Below are positions 38,850-53,338 of a stretch of DNA of 64,000 bases, one piece after another. The notes under the pieces were generated by a model. That model was not told the DNA's origin. It was given only the letters and a program-made list of their open reading frames with translations, and did not search any database. Both the position numbers and the translations under genes were made by a program. This DNA comes from Octopus sinensis (taxonomy: Eukaryota), in assembly GCF_006345805.1 (NCBI RefSeq), contig NC_042997.1, positions 22,010,001 through 22,074,000 on the forward strand, in the 5' to 3' direction. Within the stretch, counting starts at the first letter, position 1. Each line of letters opens with the position of its first letter.

Positions 38850-40860
38850 AAAGCTAATACTTGTCTTTGTTAGCGGATGTGTTCGGCGTTTCGGTGGCAC
38901 TTCGCTCAAATGTTTGGAGCGGATTAAGGGGCAGTGGAGGGACTGGACTTTGTTGCTTACCTCAACAACCTGCTGCAGCTCTCCTCTGGGGATGTGGAGT
39001 TTTGCAAAAGGCCAAAGCAGCTAACGAAACACGGGAAGCGATCGCTGACTGCACGTGGAAGAACTCGCCGGTGCTCCGTTTCTCGCCTACAAAATTTATT
39101 TTCATATGCCAGGTTTGTTCAGGAGTCTCTTAGAAGATGTCTACTGCAACAGGTAGCAGAATTGGAGAATTCTCTGTCATGTGAATTGAGGTGTTGTGAT
39201 GCAACTGAGAAAGAACCCGAACAATATGGATGATATTAACAATTTTAGGGCCCTAACTTTGTTAAATGCAGGGCTCAAGTTTTTGGTTACGTTGTTAACC
39301 AAGAGCATGACGCTTGCTGTCGTTACTCTAGTCGGTGAGGAACAGATATGCGCCATCCCAAGCAGATCTATCCAAAGGAAACTCCACTTCACGCAATACC
39401 TCATAGAAAGGGTGGAAAAAGAACCTGTCATAGAAGTCCTGATCAATTTAGATCGATCGTAAACTTTCGGTATGGTTGACTTTCGATATTTGGTGGTCGT
39501 TCGTACGATGTACAGTAATAATTGCACGATGATAAGAGTCAATGATCATCTACCCGAATCATTCAGTATCATGCGTTTAGTCCTTTTTACCTTTTCTGTA
39601 TGCGCTGGCTTTAGAGCCAGTGCTGCGGAGGTTAGAGGCTTCGAAAGGTATAACGCGTGGACTTAGATACAAAAGAACTGTACCAACACATGCGGGCCAC
39701 ATCATCGTAATAGAACCGGACACCAAGCATATCAAGGTGATTGGGCACTGCTCTGAATGAATAAGAAGCGCTGACAAGAGTAAAAATCGACCAGAAAACG
39801 TCTGTAACTGCAGCCTGGTACCTAGAGAAGTATATTCATCCCGCCCAACAGCGTGCAGTCATGTGCAAAGGTTACATCTCCAGTGTTTCTATGATGATGA
39901 GCAAGCGTCGTCACCGTTAGTCTGATTCGTTGCAGTCCTGTATAAAGCGTAGACAGGGAGGTTGTCTCCAAGAGTTTCGTCAGGCACCCACAGCCCTCAA
40001 CCAATACGGTAAGTTCCAACATAAGTTTTATAAGGGATAGGTGGTGAGCATGAGCGACGATGTCTTCGGTAAACTCTGATCCTCGAGAGAGTTCAGCAAG
40101 CTGGTCTTTTCTGAAGAACCTTTAGTGCAGAGCCCAAAGATAATTCATAGAGACTTAGTGATGGGCAAGAGCATAACTATTCTCCGTGAGTCCCTGAACG
40201 TCGTCAAAAATCAAATAGCTAGTCTGTTCCGGAGGATGTTCGTGCCAAAGTCCATAGATAAGTTCTAGCAATCCCTAACCCGGTACTAATACCGCGATAG
40301 GGTGACATTGCCAGTATGATACAAACTCTACAGGAGTGGTAACGCAGTCAGCTGCACCTACCCACAATGACAAAACCGTTTTCTCTGTCTGGTGGCTATT
40401 GCGAAAGAGGTTGGGTGTGAAACGTGACTGAAAGGACTGAAGGTAGGCATTTTTCATCGTCGAGAAAGCGTTCATCGACTGTTTTAAATTCCATTTGGAA
40501 CGGAAGGTATGAGTTGATAGAGATGTGCTGCTCCAAGTAAATTTGTCGAAAGGTGGGTTAACGTGATGAGGGCGACCCGAGTGAAAGGGCCAACTCAAAA
40601 CTGCCGCTTGTAGGCTGAGGAGTACGGAGGAAAGTGGGGCACATGCAATCGTATTTCAGGTGACTAGAGTGTTTAAGGATCTATGTGGTACCTTGGTTGT
40701 CCTTCGATGGTACTGCTAATTAGAAAATGTGTTTGTTAGAATTTTTTACTAAATGTTATGGTTTAAAATTGCTTACGTGGTTCTATGTAAATCCTTACTA
40801 TCCTTTGTCTTTGTATTGTCTTAAATGTTTTACACGGCCCTTGTAACCAGTAAAGACAGA
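38850..40860 (+). mobile_element. Decayed Tx1/L1-clade LINE
   Basis: ORF 39196..39462 (NFRALTLLN..EEQICAIPSRSI..INLDRS), followed by a KAFDxVD-like motif. C-terminal FHLERKV..SKFVERWVNV across frameshifts. Confidence 0.7.
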
Positions 40861-40870
40861 ATTGTTGTTG

Positions 40871-40905
<35 letters not shown>

Positions 40906-40956
40906 TTATTATTATTATTATTATTATCATTATTATTATTGTTACAATTATTATTA

Positions 40957-40994
<38 letters not shown>

Positions 40995-40999
40995 TTATT

Positions 41000-41110
41000 T
41001 TTATTATTACCTCCGCCTTAGCGAAGGCGGAGGTATTGTTTTCACTCACGTTTGTTGGTTTGTTTGTTCAGTCACGTTTGTTGGTTTATTTGGACATGCT
41101 CAACTGGTTA
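41000..41110 (+). mobile_element. Helentron-associated (HINE/DINE-1-like) 5' fragment
   Basis: Perfect hairpin tacctccgcctt-agcg-aaggcggaggta (41008-41035), then ttgttttc and (GTTT)-like repeats, inside a T-rich run. Confidence 0.45.
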
Positions 41111-43261
41111 AAATCAAACAACTGACAAGCAAATCTGTGGTATTGAGCAGAATAGTTGCTGTAGCCCATCTTTTATACCAAAACAAAACAATGTATATGA
41201 TAGCAGCCATGAGAGCCACTACCTGGTACTGCATCAGAGCATTTTTTATTATTATTATCATCATCATCATCATTATTATTATATTATTATTATTATTATT
41301 ATATTATATTATTATTATTATTATTATTATCATTATTATTATTATTGTGAGCTGGCAGAGTCGTCGACAAGACAAAGTACCAATCAAATACTAGGGTCGG
41401 CAGAATCCATTTACACCTTCGCCTCGAAGTCGCTGGCATTGTTCCAAACGTGAAACTGTTGATTGCGAGAAGCGTCCGGAAAAATCAAATTCTGCTGAAG
41501 TCAGCTTCGCCTGTCATCCTTACAGAGCCGATAAAATAAAGTACCAATCAAGTACTAAGGGTGAAGGTTTGGATTAAGCTTCCTTTCAAAATTATTGGCC
41601 TTTTGCCTAAATCTGCGTGGAGAAAGAAATGTTGCCTTCCAGGGAAATTGTTGAAAGGTAAATTGTTGAAAGTCGTGAGCTTGGCCCGAATGAATGACCT
41701 TGCTCTTTGCATGCGCTTTTAGAATTTAGATTAGAACGATTGGGAAAGGATGCTTCTCTCAATAGTTATGGTAACCGTACTTTTGTGGTGTTTTTACATG
41801 AAGCCCTGGGAAATCATTCCCCCACAACATCACATTACTGAGGATTGTTGCCATGTTGCTTTTCTTTTATATTTCATTTACGCGTAAAACACATCTATTT
41901 TCTGAAACCTCGACTTTGTAATGTCCTTGCTTTTGTGTGCACCCTGGCGGCTAATAAGGAAATCATTTTTATTGTTGTTATTGTTTATTTGTTGTTATTC
42001 AATAGTTTCAAATGAATATTTAAAAAAAATATCACTTTAGCATGTCTTCCTCTGTGTAAATCGACTGTGAGTAGAGTTAGTTTTGTTTCCGTTTGGTTTC
42101 AATTGCGTTGCTGCTGATCTGCTGACAATGGTATTGTTGCTTTACGTTTTAGAATTTTGTTCAGTGTTATTACTTGTGCAATTAATTTCCTTGTTGTTAC
42201 ATAAGTTGATATTTTATTATAGGATCTAGTGTAGAATGTGTCAGAACTATGCAGTTTTATCGGTTACCACATATGCAGTGCGCGCCTTGATGTAGTTTAG
42301 TTGATCGTGTTCGTACATTGAAAATGTATAAAACAGGATTGTATTTATTATTGTTATTGGGGAGAAAGCTGTGCGTTCACAATATGATTAATTACAAAAC
42401 GTCGGATTGCAGGCATGATGTTGTTTAGCTTCCGCCTCCTACGTACTCTGATTACAAACTTTGTTAGCATGAGGTTTGATAAAATAAATAACCAAGTAGA
42501 CATTTGTCGAACTTCGAGTTAATAAAGAACATCTAGATACTCGCTGAATTTGCTCGAAATAGCCGTCAAACTTTCATCAAATCACACCTTACAATTTGGA
42601 AAACAAAGTAAGATACATTGAATAACAGGATCCAAAAAGAAAACATTTGAACTACGAAAATATGGAAGCAACACGGCTGGTGCGCCTTTAATGATACGTC
42701 AGTTATTTAATAAGGATATACTTTGAGTATATCCTGATACGACGACAACAACAACAACAAATCTGTAGAGTTTTAGAAATCTAAGAAATCAATGATTCTT
42801 TTTTTCTATTAGCAATATTTTGCAAATACAACACTAACTCTCTGGACACTAATGGTCCGGAACCTTTTATTGTCCGCATTAATTTAAGAGCAGGAATTCC
42901 CGGTTTCGTCAGACTAGTCTGCTAGTACTTTGTACTGCATAGCGCTTTGTACAGTACAGTATTCATAAAGTTGTATCATTTACACTAATGTACAGTACTG
43001 GTACTTCATTTAATTATATAAGTGAATTTAATTAAGTCAGAGCATGACCAGCCTTATTCCAGATAAAAAAAAACACTTATCCGTAATGTCTTTGGGCCCA
43101 AAGATTCCGAAGAATCGATTTTGTGTCTGTAATGGCATATCTATTGGGTTATTAAACCATTTTTCTTTACCTTTATAGTAATGTCAAAACACTTTTATCC
43201 TTATTTCTATTGTAACCTGTACAGGTATCTCCCATTTCTTTGTGGAAATGCTATAATATTG

Positions 43262-43450
43262 GTATCAAATTTTGGTACAAGGTTAGCAATTTCGGGGACA
43301 TCAACACCCACTGCTCAACTCGTTCTTATTTTGTCGACCCCAGAAGGGTGAAAGCAAGGCCGACCGGAATTTGAACTCAGAACGTAAAGGCGGACAAAAT
43401 TCCCTTAAACATGTTGCCCGGCGTAGTAACTATTCTGCCGGCTCACCACA
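43262..43450 (-). mobile_element. SINE family B
   Basis: tcaaattttggtacaagg..cgacccc..gaatttgaactcagaacgtaaag..ctgccggctcacc. Confidence 0.75.
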
Positions 43451-43519
43451 CTTGACAGCATTCGTAAAGCTCCGTTAGTAGTTAAAGATCGAACGCAAGG
43501 CAAGGTATCCCATATTTTA

Positions 43520-44500
43520 TATATCTAAAAATTACACTAACCGACGTCTCATTCCGTTTGAAAATAGCACTATTTGTTAATATGGTAGGCTGTCTAGTAT
43601 GTTTAAGAAGAATTGAGAGACTCCTTCTTTGACACATGGGAAATGTTCAGGAGAATTTTTATAGCCATTCTTCAAGTAAAACCTACTTTAGCTCTTTCAG
43701 CGACGATAGTGGAAAGAAGCGGCTCCTCAAATGTTGGTCCCAAATGCTTTATAGATGTTCGCTTATAGTGAGATCCGGTGATAGTGAATGGATCCAAACG
43801 ATCTTCTTTACTTTTGTGCTCTTCACATAACTTTAACCGTGTGAATTGGCACATTATCTACCAGGAGGATTACGCTGCAATCAGGGGGAAATGTTTGTAA
43901 GGTAGGATGGACATGATTAGATAAAATACTCAGATAATCTTTGGCGTTAACTCCACCATGTAGAATAATCAAAGTGCGGAGAAAATTCCGTGAAATGGCA
44001 GCCCAAATCATCACAGAGCCACCTCCAAGCTTCAGAGTTTGATCCAAACAATCAGGGTTGATGACTATTTTGAGTTGTCTCAAGACTAAAATCATCCCGA
44101 AGCGGTGGGGTGGATGAGGATACATCAGAGAATATCATATTAACCCATTGAGTCATTGACACTTCTGATAGTCCAGAAACCAATTTTTCGTTTATGAATG
44201 CTGATGACGGAGAGAAAACTTTCAGCAGTTGCAGACATCCCATGATATCTAGTTTTGAGTAGTTCACAAAGAAGTTTCAGTTACCATAAGGTTGGAAAGG
44301 TGGTGGTTTGGCTCTATTGTTACTTTTACTGCTGAAATTCAGTGATTTCTAGACACAATCCGTTTCACTATTCTGCGGTAACCTTCTGCGTTTGGTTTCA
44401 CCTTGATTTTGGAATGCCAACATGATTTTGGAGATGATACCACCACCAACTTTTCCTCTTTGGAAATCAGATAGGTCACGCATTTTCGATTATTTAAAAA
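43520..44500 (-). mobile_element. Decayed Tc1-like transposon
   Basis: MRDLSDFQRG start, IFSDVSS, GGSVMIWAAIS, YLSILSNHVHP and DNVPIH (ORFs 44052..44267, 43823..44125). Confidence 0.75.
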
Positions 44501-44589
44501 TAAATATCTGCAAGATATATATATATAACAGAGGGTTATATATATGTATATATATATATATATATATATGTAAAGGTTAAAGTTCCTTC

Positions 44590-44784
44590 AGAATCATATA
44601 GACTCATAGGGCCGTTTCCCAGTTTCAAGTGGCACATATATTCCTTGCCTCCTGGACGAGTGAATTGGAGCAACGTGAAATAAAGTGTTTTGCTCAAGAA
44701 CACAATGCATCGCTGGGTCCAGGAATCGAAACCACAATCTTACAATTAAGAGTCAACTGCCCTACCCACTAAGCCACGCTCCTC
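44590..44784 (-). mobile_element. SINE family C
   Basis: gtgttttgctcaagaacacaatgcatcg..aatcgaaaccacaatcttac..cactaagccacgctcc. Confidence 0.8.
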
Positions 44785-44957
44785 GACATACATATATTCA
44801 TATATACATACATAGACGGACAGACAGATAAATAGATAAATAAATCTATCTATCTGTACCACACCCACTACTAATACTACTACTACTACTTCTACACACA
44901 CGCAGTATAAGTACGTACCTACTTACGCTGTGTGGGTGTGTGTATATGAGTATGTGT

Positions 44958-45006
<49 letters not shown>

Positions 45007-45129
45007 CAGCAGCAGCAGCATAAAAGTAGTGGGAACAAAGCTATAAAATTTTATACTTATTGGAAGCTGAAAACTTCTATAGCTCTTACATACACTGACT
45101 CACACACACACATACACACACACGCACAC

Positions 45130-45185
<56 letters not shown>

Positions 45186-45269
45186 GTATATCTATAGTTG
45201 AAGCCTTTTGCAATATTCTGTTTACCCTTCTTAAAGAATATAGTTTGTTCGCCAGCAAGCATGTATAAA

Positions 45270-45675
<406 letters not shown>

Positions 45676-45844
45676 CACATTAATCTCTTGGAGTTAAACT
45701 GATTGTGAGATTACTTCCATTAACACTCTTCATAGGATGTTTTAGATGTTTAAACGGAGCGAGATTGCCAAGTATAACAGCTGCAGCAACAGGAATAGAT
45801 ATAAATACAAACAAACGCTGTGGCTTATACCTGGTAGTTTAATC

Positions 45845-47050
45845 TGCCAGCTAGAAATAACAGCCTTGCATCCCTTATATTACACTCTACCGTCTTGTAT
45901 AAGTGAAGGACATATTATATATTGTAGTCATACGTATTCCTAAAACGATGAGAAGAATCAGGGCTAGGACACTTTTGGCTATGCATCTATTCGATCTGAT
46001 TTGACCCAGATTTAAACGAAAACAATAACAAATATTATGACTACAACAGTTATGAAAAAAAATGAACAACAGAACGTCATATTAAAAACATCAAAAGCAG
46101 GGAATCAGCTACAAAAAAAATCAACTTCAATGGTTTAATTATAATAGCTGTATCAACAATGATGAAAATATCAATGGCGCCAATTATCCGACTGGTGTTG
46201 TCACAGCCTTACCAATCGCAACTAATTAATCGTCAAGGACACATCGCTTACAAGATACTAGAAGGTTGAACCACCTAGAGATCTTTTACATAGTCTCACA
46301 TGAGGTCTAGTGGTTAGGCTACTGAATACCTAATCGTAAGTTTGTGGTTTCGATTCCTCGACCGGTCGACGCGTTGTGTTCTCGAGCAAAACACTTCATT
46401 TGACGTTGCTCCAGATCACTCAGCCGGCAAAAATGAGTAATCCTGCGACGGACCAGCGGTCCATCCAGGAGGAGAATAAATGCGCCACGGAAATCGGCAA
46501 ACCGGTCCTATGAGTTTATAAGACTCGGAACGGATTTTTATTCTTTATCCTCGATCTACTAGAAATAAGAACCAGATTTCTTTGTTTCATACCCTACCGT
46601 CTTAGAAAGGGAAATATAGCTTGGTTGACGCAATCTTCGATAAAAAAAGGCATAGCAGAATCATAGTTCTTTTTAATCGGGGCTAACTTGAGATCTAAAC
46701 AACAACAACTGTACTGATTATGTACAACATAATCAGACCTTTATCTGGATTATATAATCCTAGTTACAATGCCTAAACATAACACGGGATGATCACATCT
46801 GATAAAAAATCTTTGTCCATATCTTCTTGATCAGAGCTGATCTGTGGCTAAGACACAAGAACAACTTAGAGATAATACAAACCAAAAGGAAGCCTCAAGA
46901 ACTAGCAGCCAAATTTCCCTCAAATAATATCCAATCATCTTTTTAAAATGGCTACATTCCATAAAATCGTCTTAGATATAGAACTTGAATTACTCAGAAA
47001 TGACTGTGGTCGCAATTTTACCCAATGGGAGCACAAGTGAGGCTAAACAA
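45845..47050 (+). repeat. Cluster of ~4 diverged family D copies with a SINE C at 46300-46545
   Basis: Recurrent ctag(a/c)aata..ccctaccgtctt..gatc.g.gct.a.c....gctaaacaacaac motifs. Confidence 0.5.
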
Positions 47051-47366
47051 CATCCGCACCAGTCATTTTTGTGAATAACTTTTTGTCTAAAGAAGAGAAA
47101 GAGTAGTTTTAATGAAATAGTTATAAAAGGCCACTGTTTCATCGTTCGAATCCGAACTGAACCAATTAAAACCCGGGTTGCATGTTATGAATATAAAGAG
47201 ATTGCCATAACAACCACGCCATGTATAAACGTGTGTCATTTGGCATCATAGCCATCATCATCATTATCATCATCATCATCATAATTACCGTCATCAATAT
47301 CACCACCGCCACCACATCCATCTGCAGCAGCAGCGTCATATTCTACGCCAGTAGTTTTATACTATG

Positions 47367-47628
47367 TGGAGGCGCGTGGCTTAGTGGTTAGGGTGTCAGC
47401 ATCATGATCGTAAGATTGTGGTTTCGATTCCTGGACCGGGCGACGCGTTGTGTTCTTGACCAAAACACTTCATTTCTCGTTACTCCAGTCCACTCAGCTG
47501 GCGAAAATGAGTAACGCTGCGATGGACTGGCGTCCGTCCAGCTAGGGAACACATACGCCATTGAAACTGGGAAACCGGGCCCATGAGCCTGGCTAGGCTA
47601 GGCTTTAAAAGGGCGCATTTATTTATTA
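47367..47628 (+). mobile_element. Full-length SINE family C
   Basis: tggaggcgcgtggcttagtggttagggtg head through ggctttaaaagggcgcatttatt. Confidence 0.85.
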
Positions 47629-48033
47629 TTTTAGTTTTATAGTATAGGTTGCAGAATTCACATTGAGGGTACAAAAATTTGTTTCTTTTGTTAATTAGAT
47701 CATTTTATTTAAGTATAAAGCAATATAATAAAGTATTCACGTAAGAAAATTTTACTATATAATGTAAAATGTGAGTGCTCAAAAACAAAAGACAAACATA
47801 ACATGTAAATTACCTACACATATCATTATTCAGTTTTTGTTCAATGTTGGTATTTTATACGGAGTGAGACCACATTAAATGGCTACCACAGAGAGTTAAA
47901 CACCTTTGTTGATGATACAACACAGTATTTACTAAGAAAGTAATTCTAAAATTTCTTATCAATATTCAGTTCTGAAAGTTTAGTATAATGAAAAAAGACT
48001 TTGTAGCCAATTTGGAAATGTGTCTCGCAATAC

Positions 48034-48490
48034 TTGGCATCTTGTATCTTGAGTTCAGACAAGTATCAACGGCTTAGAGAAGAAAAATATTTTGAGAAAG
48101 GTGTTAATACGATATTTGTTTACAGCTATAATTTTAAATTCTCGATCTGCAAATATACATTATACGTATATACATACATAAAAAAATCATACATGTATGT
48201 ATGTATGTATGTATGTATGTATGTATGTATGTATGTATGTATGTATGTATGTATGTATGTATGTAGCGTATTTATGTTTCGTGATATTTGGCATCTTGTA
48301 TCTTGCGTTGAGACCTGTATCAATGGTTTAGAGAAGAAAAATATTTTGAGAAAGGTGTTAATACAATGTTTACAGCTGTAATTTTGAATTCTCGATCTGT
48401 GTATTTGTATGTGTGTGTGCGCGCGCGCGCGCGTGTGTGTAAATATATATTATACATATATACATACATAAAAATCATACATGTACGTAC
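48034..48490 (+). repeat. Diverged tandem duplication around a (TATG)n
   Basis: ttggcatcttgtatcttg..agagaagaaaaatattttgagaaaggtgttaatac..ttctcgatctg occurs at ~48034 and ~48288. Confidence 0.85.
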
Positions 48491-49199
48491 GTATGTCGTA
48501 TGTATGCATGTATGTAAGCAGTGAGCTGTCGAGATAATAGCAAACACTTCTGAGATAATTAACAAGTACTTGTTGAGATAATTAAATTGACAAGTTCGTC
48601 ATTTACTCTTAAAAATCAACAAATAATGACTCGATTTTTTCCCACTTTCCAGATATATATTATATTATATTAAACTAATTCGATAACTATTAAAAGCAAA
48701 GTTTTCAGTTTTAATTTTGAATGTACTATGCAATTGAAATACTTATATAAATATGAATTCGTCTTGACTGTCGTCAGTTATTGCTTTAATTTAACATGTG
48801 ATAACTTAATTCGTCACCCGTTTTAACATCGCTGCTTAACACCTTGTATGCATTTAGTGGGGTCCACACCGTTCTAAGCATTCGGATCTGGTTTCCCATT
48901 TGAGAATGCCTTTCCATCAGTCTCAGAGGCTTTATGGAGTTGGTGGACAAAGATTTATTAAAAAAATTACAACGCCCCTTACTTAATACGTCACTTATTT
49001 CTTAAAGTTATTTTCAAAGTATTGGTTACTTTTTATTCTTATTATATCGAATTGAAACTACCTGTCAAAAATAAGTGGTTAAATTTGTGAAACAAGGACA
49101 TGCTGTTACAGTTCTTGCAGGGCTTGGATACCACATAACAAATCGAAAAGTAACTGAAACGGTAGAAGCTGACCAATCTTACATACACTGAGTAAGTTC

Positions 49200-50450
49200 A
49201 ACAAAATATTTGGCAATAAAAAATTACTTAGAAAAGGATAGCATCGTCTAGTCTGCTTATTTTGTAATAAATATTTAGCAAATGAAAACACGAAGCCTGC
49301 AAAATTAAAACAGCAACTTGATACCATACGTGCTTCCTATCTATGCAAGTAAATTTATACTGCATTTTTTAAATCATGACAGTTAACTGAAATCTTCAAA
49401 TATACAAAAACAATATTATTGTTAAAAAATTACTTATTCAAGAAAACCACTTTATTGGTATCATACAAAGCCTCACACGTAACTGCGAAAAGATAGGAAG
49501 TCATACACTGTTAGCAAAGTATTTGTGCTACTAGTGGTAGGTAAATATCACAGAAGTACCTACGCGAACGAAATAAGAAAAGTTTTACTGTCAAATGATA
49601 TGATATATAAAAGTAACAATAATTAATTTTTGAAAATTACTAAAAGAATCAAAGAAAGTGCTAAACCTGCGATCTTAGTTGGACAAACACGGAAAAATAG
49701 ATGTGGTTCATCTGTTGGTAATTGTTAGATATTCGTATAGAATCAGTGTGCATTAGCATGATGCTTCTTCAATTGAATACAGTTCTTTTTAAAGAATTGG
49801 TCTAAAATAACTACCATCTTTCTTCAACGCGTGCATGCACAGATGGTGCAGCAGCAATGGGGAGAAAAGCTTGGATTTAAAGGTAAAGATTAAATCTGCA
49901 AGCAATGCACCTTACTACTCTTGTTCATTGCACAAGAACTTATTGTTTTGTCGATCTTAATGATCTAATTTCTACAGAGCTTAAAGTTTAATGGTTTGTG
50001 ACCTTAAAGGCTTAAAGGTCATAAACCAATTCGTTTGTAAATAAGACGAGAAGACGTTCTGATCAAGGAAACCATAATAAATAGCAAAGTGAGGAGATGG
50101 AAGACTATTGTGTGACAGATTGCACTTGATTGTTTGCCAATATCATGATAAAAGTACCCCATACGTTAACAATCTAAACAACCTTGAAGGGGTTGGAATC
50201 ACTGAAGTTGTTATAATCAATACAGATTAAAAAAATAATTGGTAACATTAAAATTAACTCAACTGATGTCGCTTCTGTGTATAAAATGCTTCATAAACCT
50301 TTTAATTTTCGTTATGAAAAGATATTATCTCCAATTCATATTTTTCTTGTCTTTTATTTGAAATAAATTCCATCTGATTTCCAGAGGTATTTGGCAGTTA
50401 GTTGGCAAATTTTAATTCCTATTTATAAGTATGAATCTTGCATAATTCCT
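49200..50450 (+). mobile_element. Decayed hAT (Buster/Charlie-like) transposase
   Basis: LVCLFCNKYLANENTKPAKLKQQLDT resembles C..C..LSNESMKPSKLKRHL. CTDGAAAMG near 49840. Many frameshifts. Confidence 0.6.
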
Positions 50451-51196
50451 GTTTAACATTTTTGTTTGTTTTTTTTATACCAACAACTGCACATATTTTA
50501 TCGATTTGTTCTCTTTGTTGAGAACATACTCGAACTTCTACTATTGATTTTCTACTGAAGTGATAGTTATTCATACATTGGCAAAATAAATGTTTTTCTC
50601 TTCATTCTCTCCTTCCCTTCTTTCTTCCACACTCACCTTCTTTCTTCTGACATCTTGTGTTCTCTCTCTCTCTCTCTCTCACACACATAATTTCTTTCAC
50701 TCTCTCCGCCACTTTCTTTCCCTCTTTCACATACACTATCTCATTTACTCTGATATCCATCTTTTAGACCCAATTCAGTCTAATACAAAGCTTGTCTAGA
50801 CGAATTACCAATAAATAATTCAAAATATTCTCAATAACGGAGGATAAAAATGAAGCACTGTATATCAATCTCAACAAATCAGCTTCTCATATCTAAACTA
50901 TTCAGGAACTCAGTTCTAGATTTTAATTAAAAATATATTACATGTAATTAATTTTGTATTATATTTCGCACTTACAATATGGTAAGCCTGACTGAAACAA
51001 ATGGTCAAAGAATATTGTGCGAAGAACTCAAACAGAATAGAGAAGACGTAGGAAACGGTTTTCTTCTAAAACTACAAAAGTACAAGGTATGTTAATTCAG
51101 TTTTCATACCGCGAGTATCACGCACACATTTTCAAATATTTATCTTACTTAAAACACACTGTCTTATACACGCACCTGTTTATGTGTATGCATATA

Positions 51197-52419
51197 TACG
51201 AGGGTCGGACGAAAAGTTCATAGGTTGACCAAGATACTTTCATGGAATGAGGCCAAATTAAGCTTATTTTTCAACAGAGCTTTCTCATCGCCCACCCACT
51301 GCAGTCGACACACTTCTCCCATCGATGTAGCTGTGTTTGAATCTCATTGGTGATGAAGCATTCAGCCTGTTTAGTCAAAAAACGTCGTGAACAACAGAAT
51401 GACGTCATCATCATTGCCACACTGATTCCCAGTAAAGGGCTTATTCATGTTGGGGAACAGATGATAGTCAGATAAAACCAAATCAGGAGAATAGGGAGGG
51501 CGATCAACCAGTTCAAAGCAACTGTCACGCACAGCAGCCACTTAAACCAAGGACTTGTGTTTTGAAGCCTTGTCCTGATGAAACAAGACCCCTTTTATCG
51601 GTGTTCTTGGGCGTTTGGTCTTGGTAGCCTTTTGGTGTGGCCCTTTTCAATATAGTCAATACACACAATGCTTTTTGTATCCCAAAATACTGAAGTCATC
51701 ACCATCCCTTCAGATGAAACGACCTTGGCCTTCTTTGGAGCAGGTGAGGAAGGGTGTTTCCATTGCATGGATTGTTTCTTTGTCTCTGGCTCAAATTTAT
51801 GAGCCCAACACTCATTCTGGATTACGAAACATTTAAAGAAATCAGCTGGATGGGCCTGAAATAATGCCAGATTTTCTGTGACGTGATCAGCCTGGTGAGC
51901 TTTTGATCTAAGCAGAAATCTTCGTCCTGCCAAATTCATTGCGCAGAATATTCTCAACTTTCTCATGTTATATGCTAAAGCATTGGCTATTTATTGTCAA
52001 TTGCCTATCTTCCATGGGGTGAACACGACCAATGCTTTCCTAGGTGATGGAAGTTGCAGAACACCCAGACCGTGAGTCATTTTCCATTCTAAATTCAGTT
52101 GCCCACTTTTGCACTGTTGTTAAAGCTGAAGTGTCATCCCCTTATGTAGCAACCATGTCAGTATGAATGTCGTTGAAGGCTAAACCCTTTGTTTTTTGCT
52201 GGTACTTAATAACTCCACGATCCCAAATTTCGTCCATTTTCAAGAGAATTCGATACTAGTTACATTTGATATTTTCTTTCAACAGTCAGATGCCAGTTTA
52301 TCTGGAAAGAAACAATGCAGTTATTAATAATAAGAGTTGAAATTAATTGATGTAAGATTTCACAGCAGTAGCCTCACTCCTTCATAGTCAGTCTATTAAC
52401 TTTTCAGCTCCACCTAGTA
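51197..52419 (-). mobile_element. Near-full-length decayed mariner (DD34D)
   Basis: ORF 51595..51966 WAHKFEPETKKQSMQWKHPSSPAPKK..VMTSVFWD, downstream PYSPDL..SDYHLF. Imperfect TIRs TAc.agg...gaaaagtt.atag. Confidence 0.8.
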
Positions 52420-52473
52420 TGTGTACTTATATGTGAGTATGATTTTACACACACACTAACATACGCGCGCGCA

Positions 52474-53287
52474 TACAGGGTGCTCGGACTAATTTTGCCA
52501 GTTTGCATAAAAGGTAAAGAAAACAAATAACATCGAAAAATAAAAAGTATTTTTAAAAATCAACAAATATCAACTAGATTATGGCTGGGAGATAATAATT
52601 TACTCCTCGTCCACCACAGCCTCAAAACGGCTCCAGTACCTGATGCAAGCGTTTCTCACTGGGAAGACCTTCGAACACCTCCTGGACCTTGACCACCAGC
52701 ACTGGTGTTGCAGGCAAAGTGATTGATATCGTTCTCAACCGCACCCCGCTGGGGCCAGTGAAGTCGTAGAAATTCTCCAGCAAACACTTCTGACTCTTTC
52801 CAAGGTATAGCAAAGAGTCAAATCCTGCTGCCATACATATGGCTTTCCAGCAACAACCCTCTTCAGCCAAGATTTGACCACTGTCTCCAGCAGATTCACT
52901 TAACTGTCTGACTTAAGTCTAAGGCCCTGTTCAAATATGTGAGAATGTATTCTGGTAAGCGGATGCTGTAAGAACACATGCCCTGTCCCTTTCTGCTGGC
53001 CACGGTTCGTAGTCTCTGTTTCAGCTGTTCATGTCACATCATACAGATTTCACAGTGTTTATATAACACTGAGCAATTTTCATGATGTCAGCAATTTGAT
53101 ATCCGGCACGAATCGTCATGACACAGGCAACATATTCCAATATCCACATGGCTTCCAGTCCTTCATGTCAGCTAACTGTTTCTCAACTGTAACTTTAATC
53201 TTTATGCTTTGCAGTGCCGTTGACAGTTCACCAGTATATCAAGGACATTTTAAAAAAAACATTCAAATTTAGCTCAAATACCCTGTA
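52474..53287 (-). mobile_element. maT-like Tc1/mariner deletion derivative with TIRs
   Basis: TIRs TAcagggtgctcggactaattttg and reverse TAcagggtatttgagctaaatttg. Peptides RVVAGKPYVWQQD and KSQKCLLENFYDF. Confidence 0.75.
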
Positions 53288-53304
53288 CATATATTGTAAG
53301 TGTG

Positions 53305-53338
<34 letters not shown>

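Noticed and set aside
49090-49190. Frame VKQGHAVTVLAGLGY.. ending at gtaagt, as a possible exon
   Set aside because: An in-frame TGA precedes the donor and the other frames also stop. It adjoins the hAT relic.
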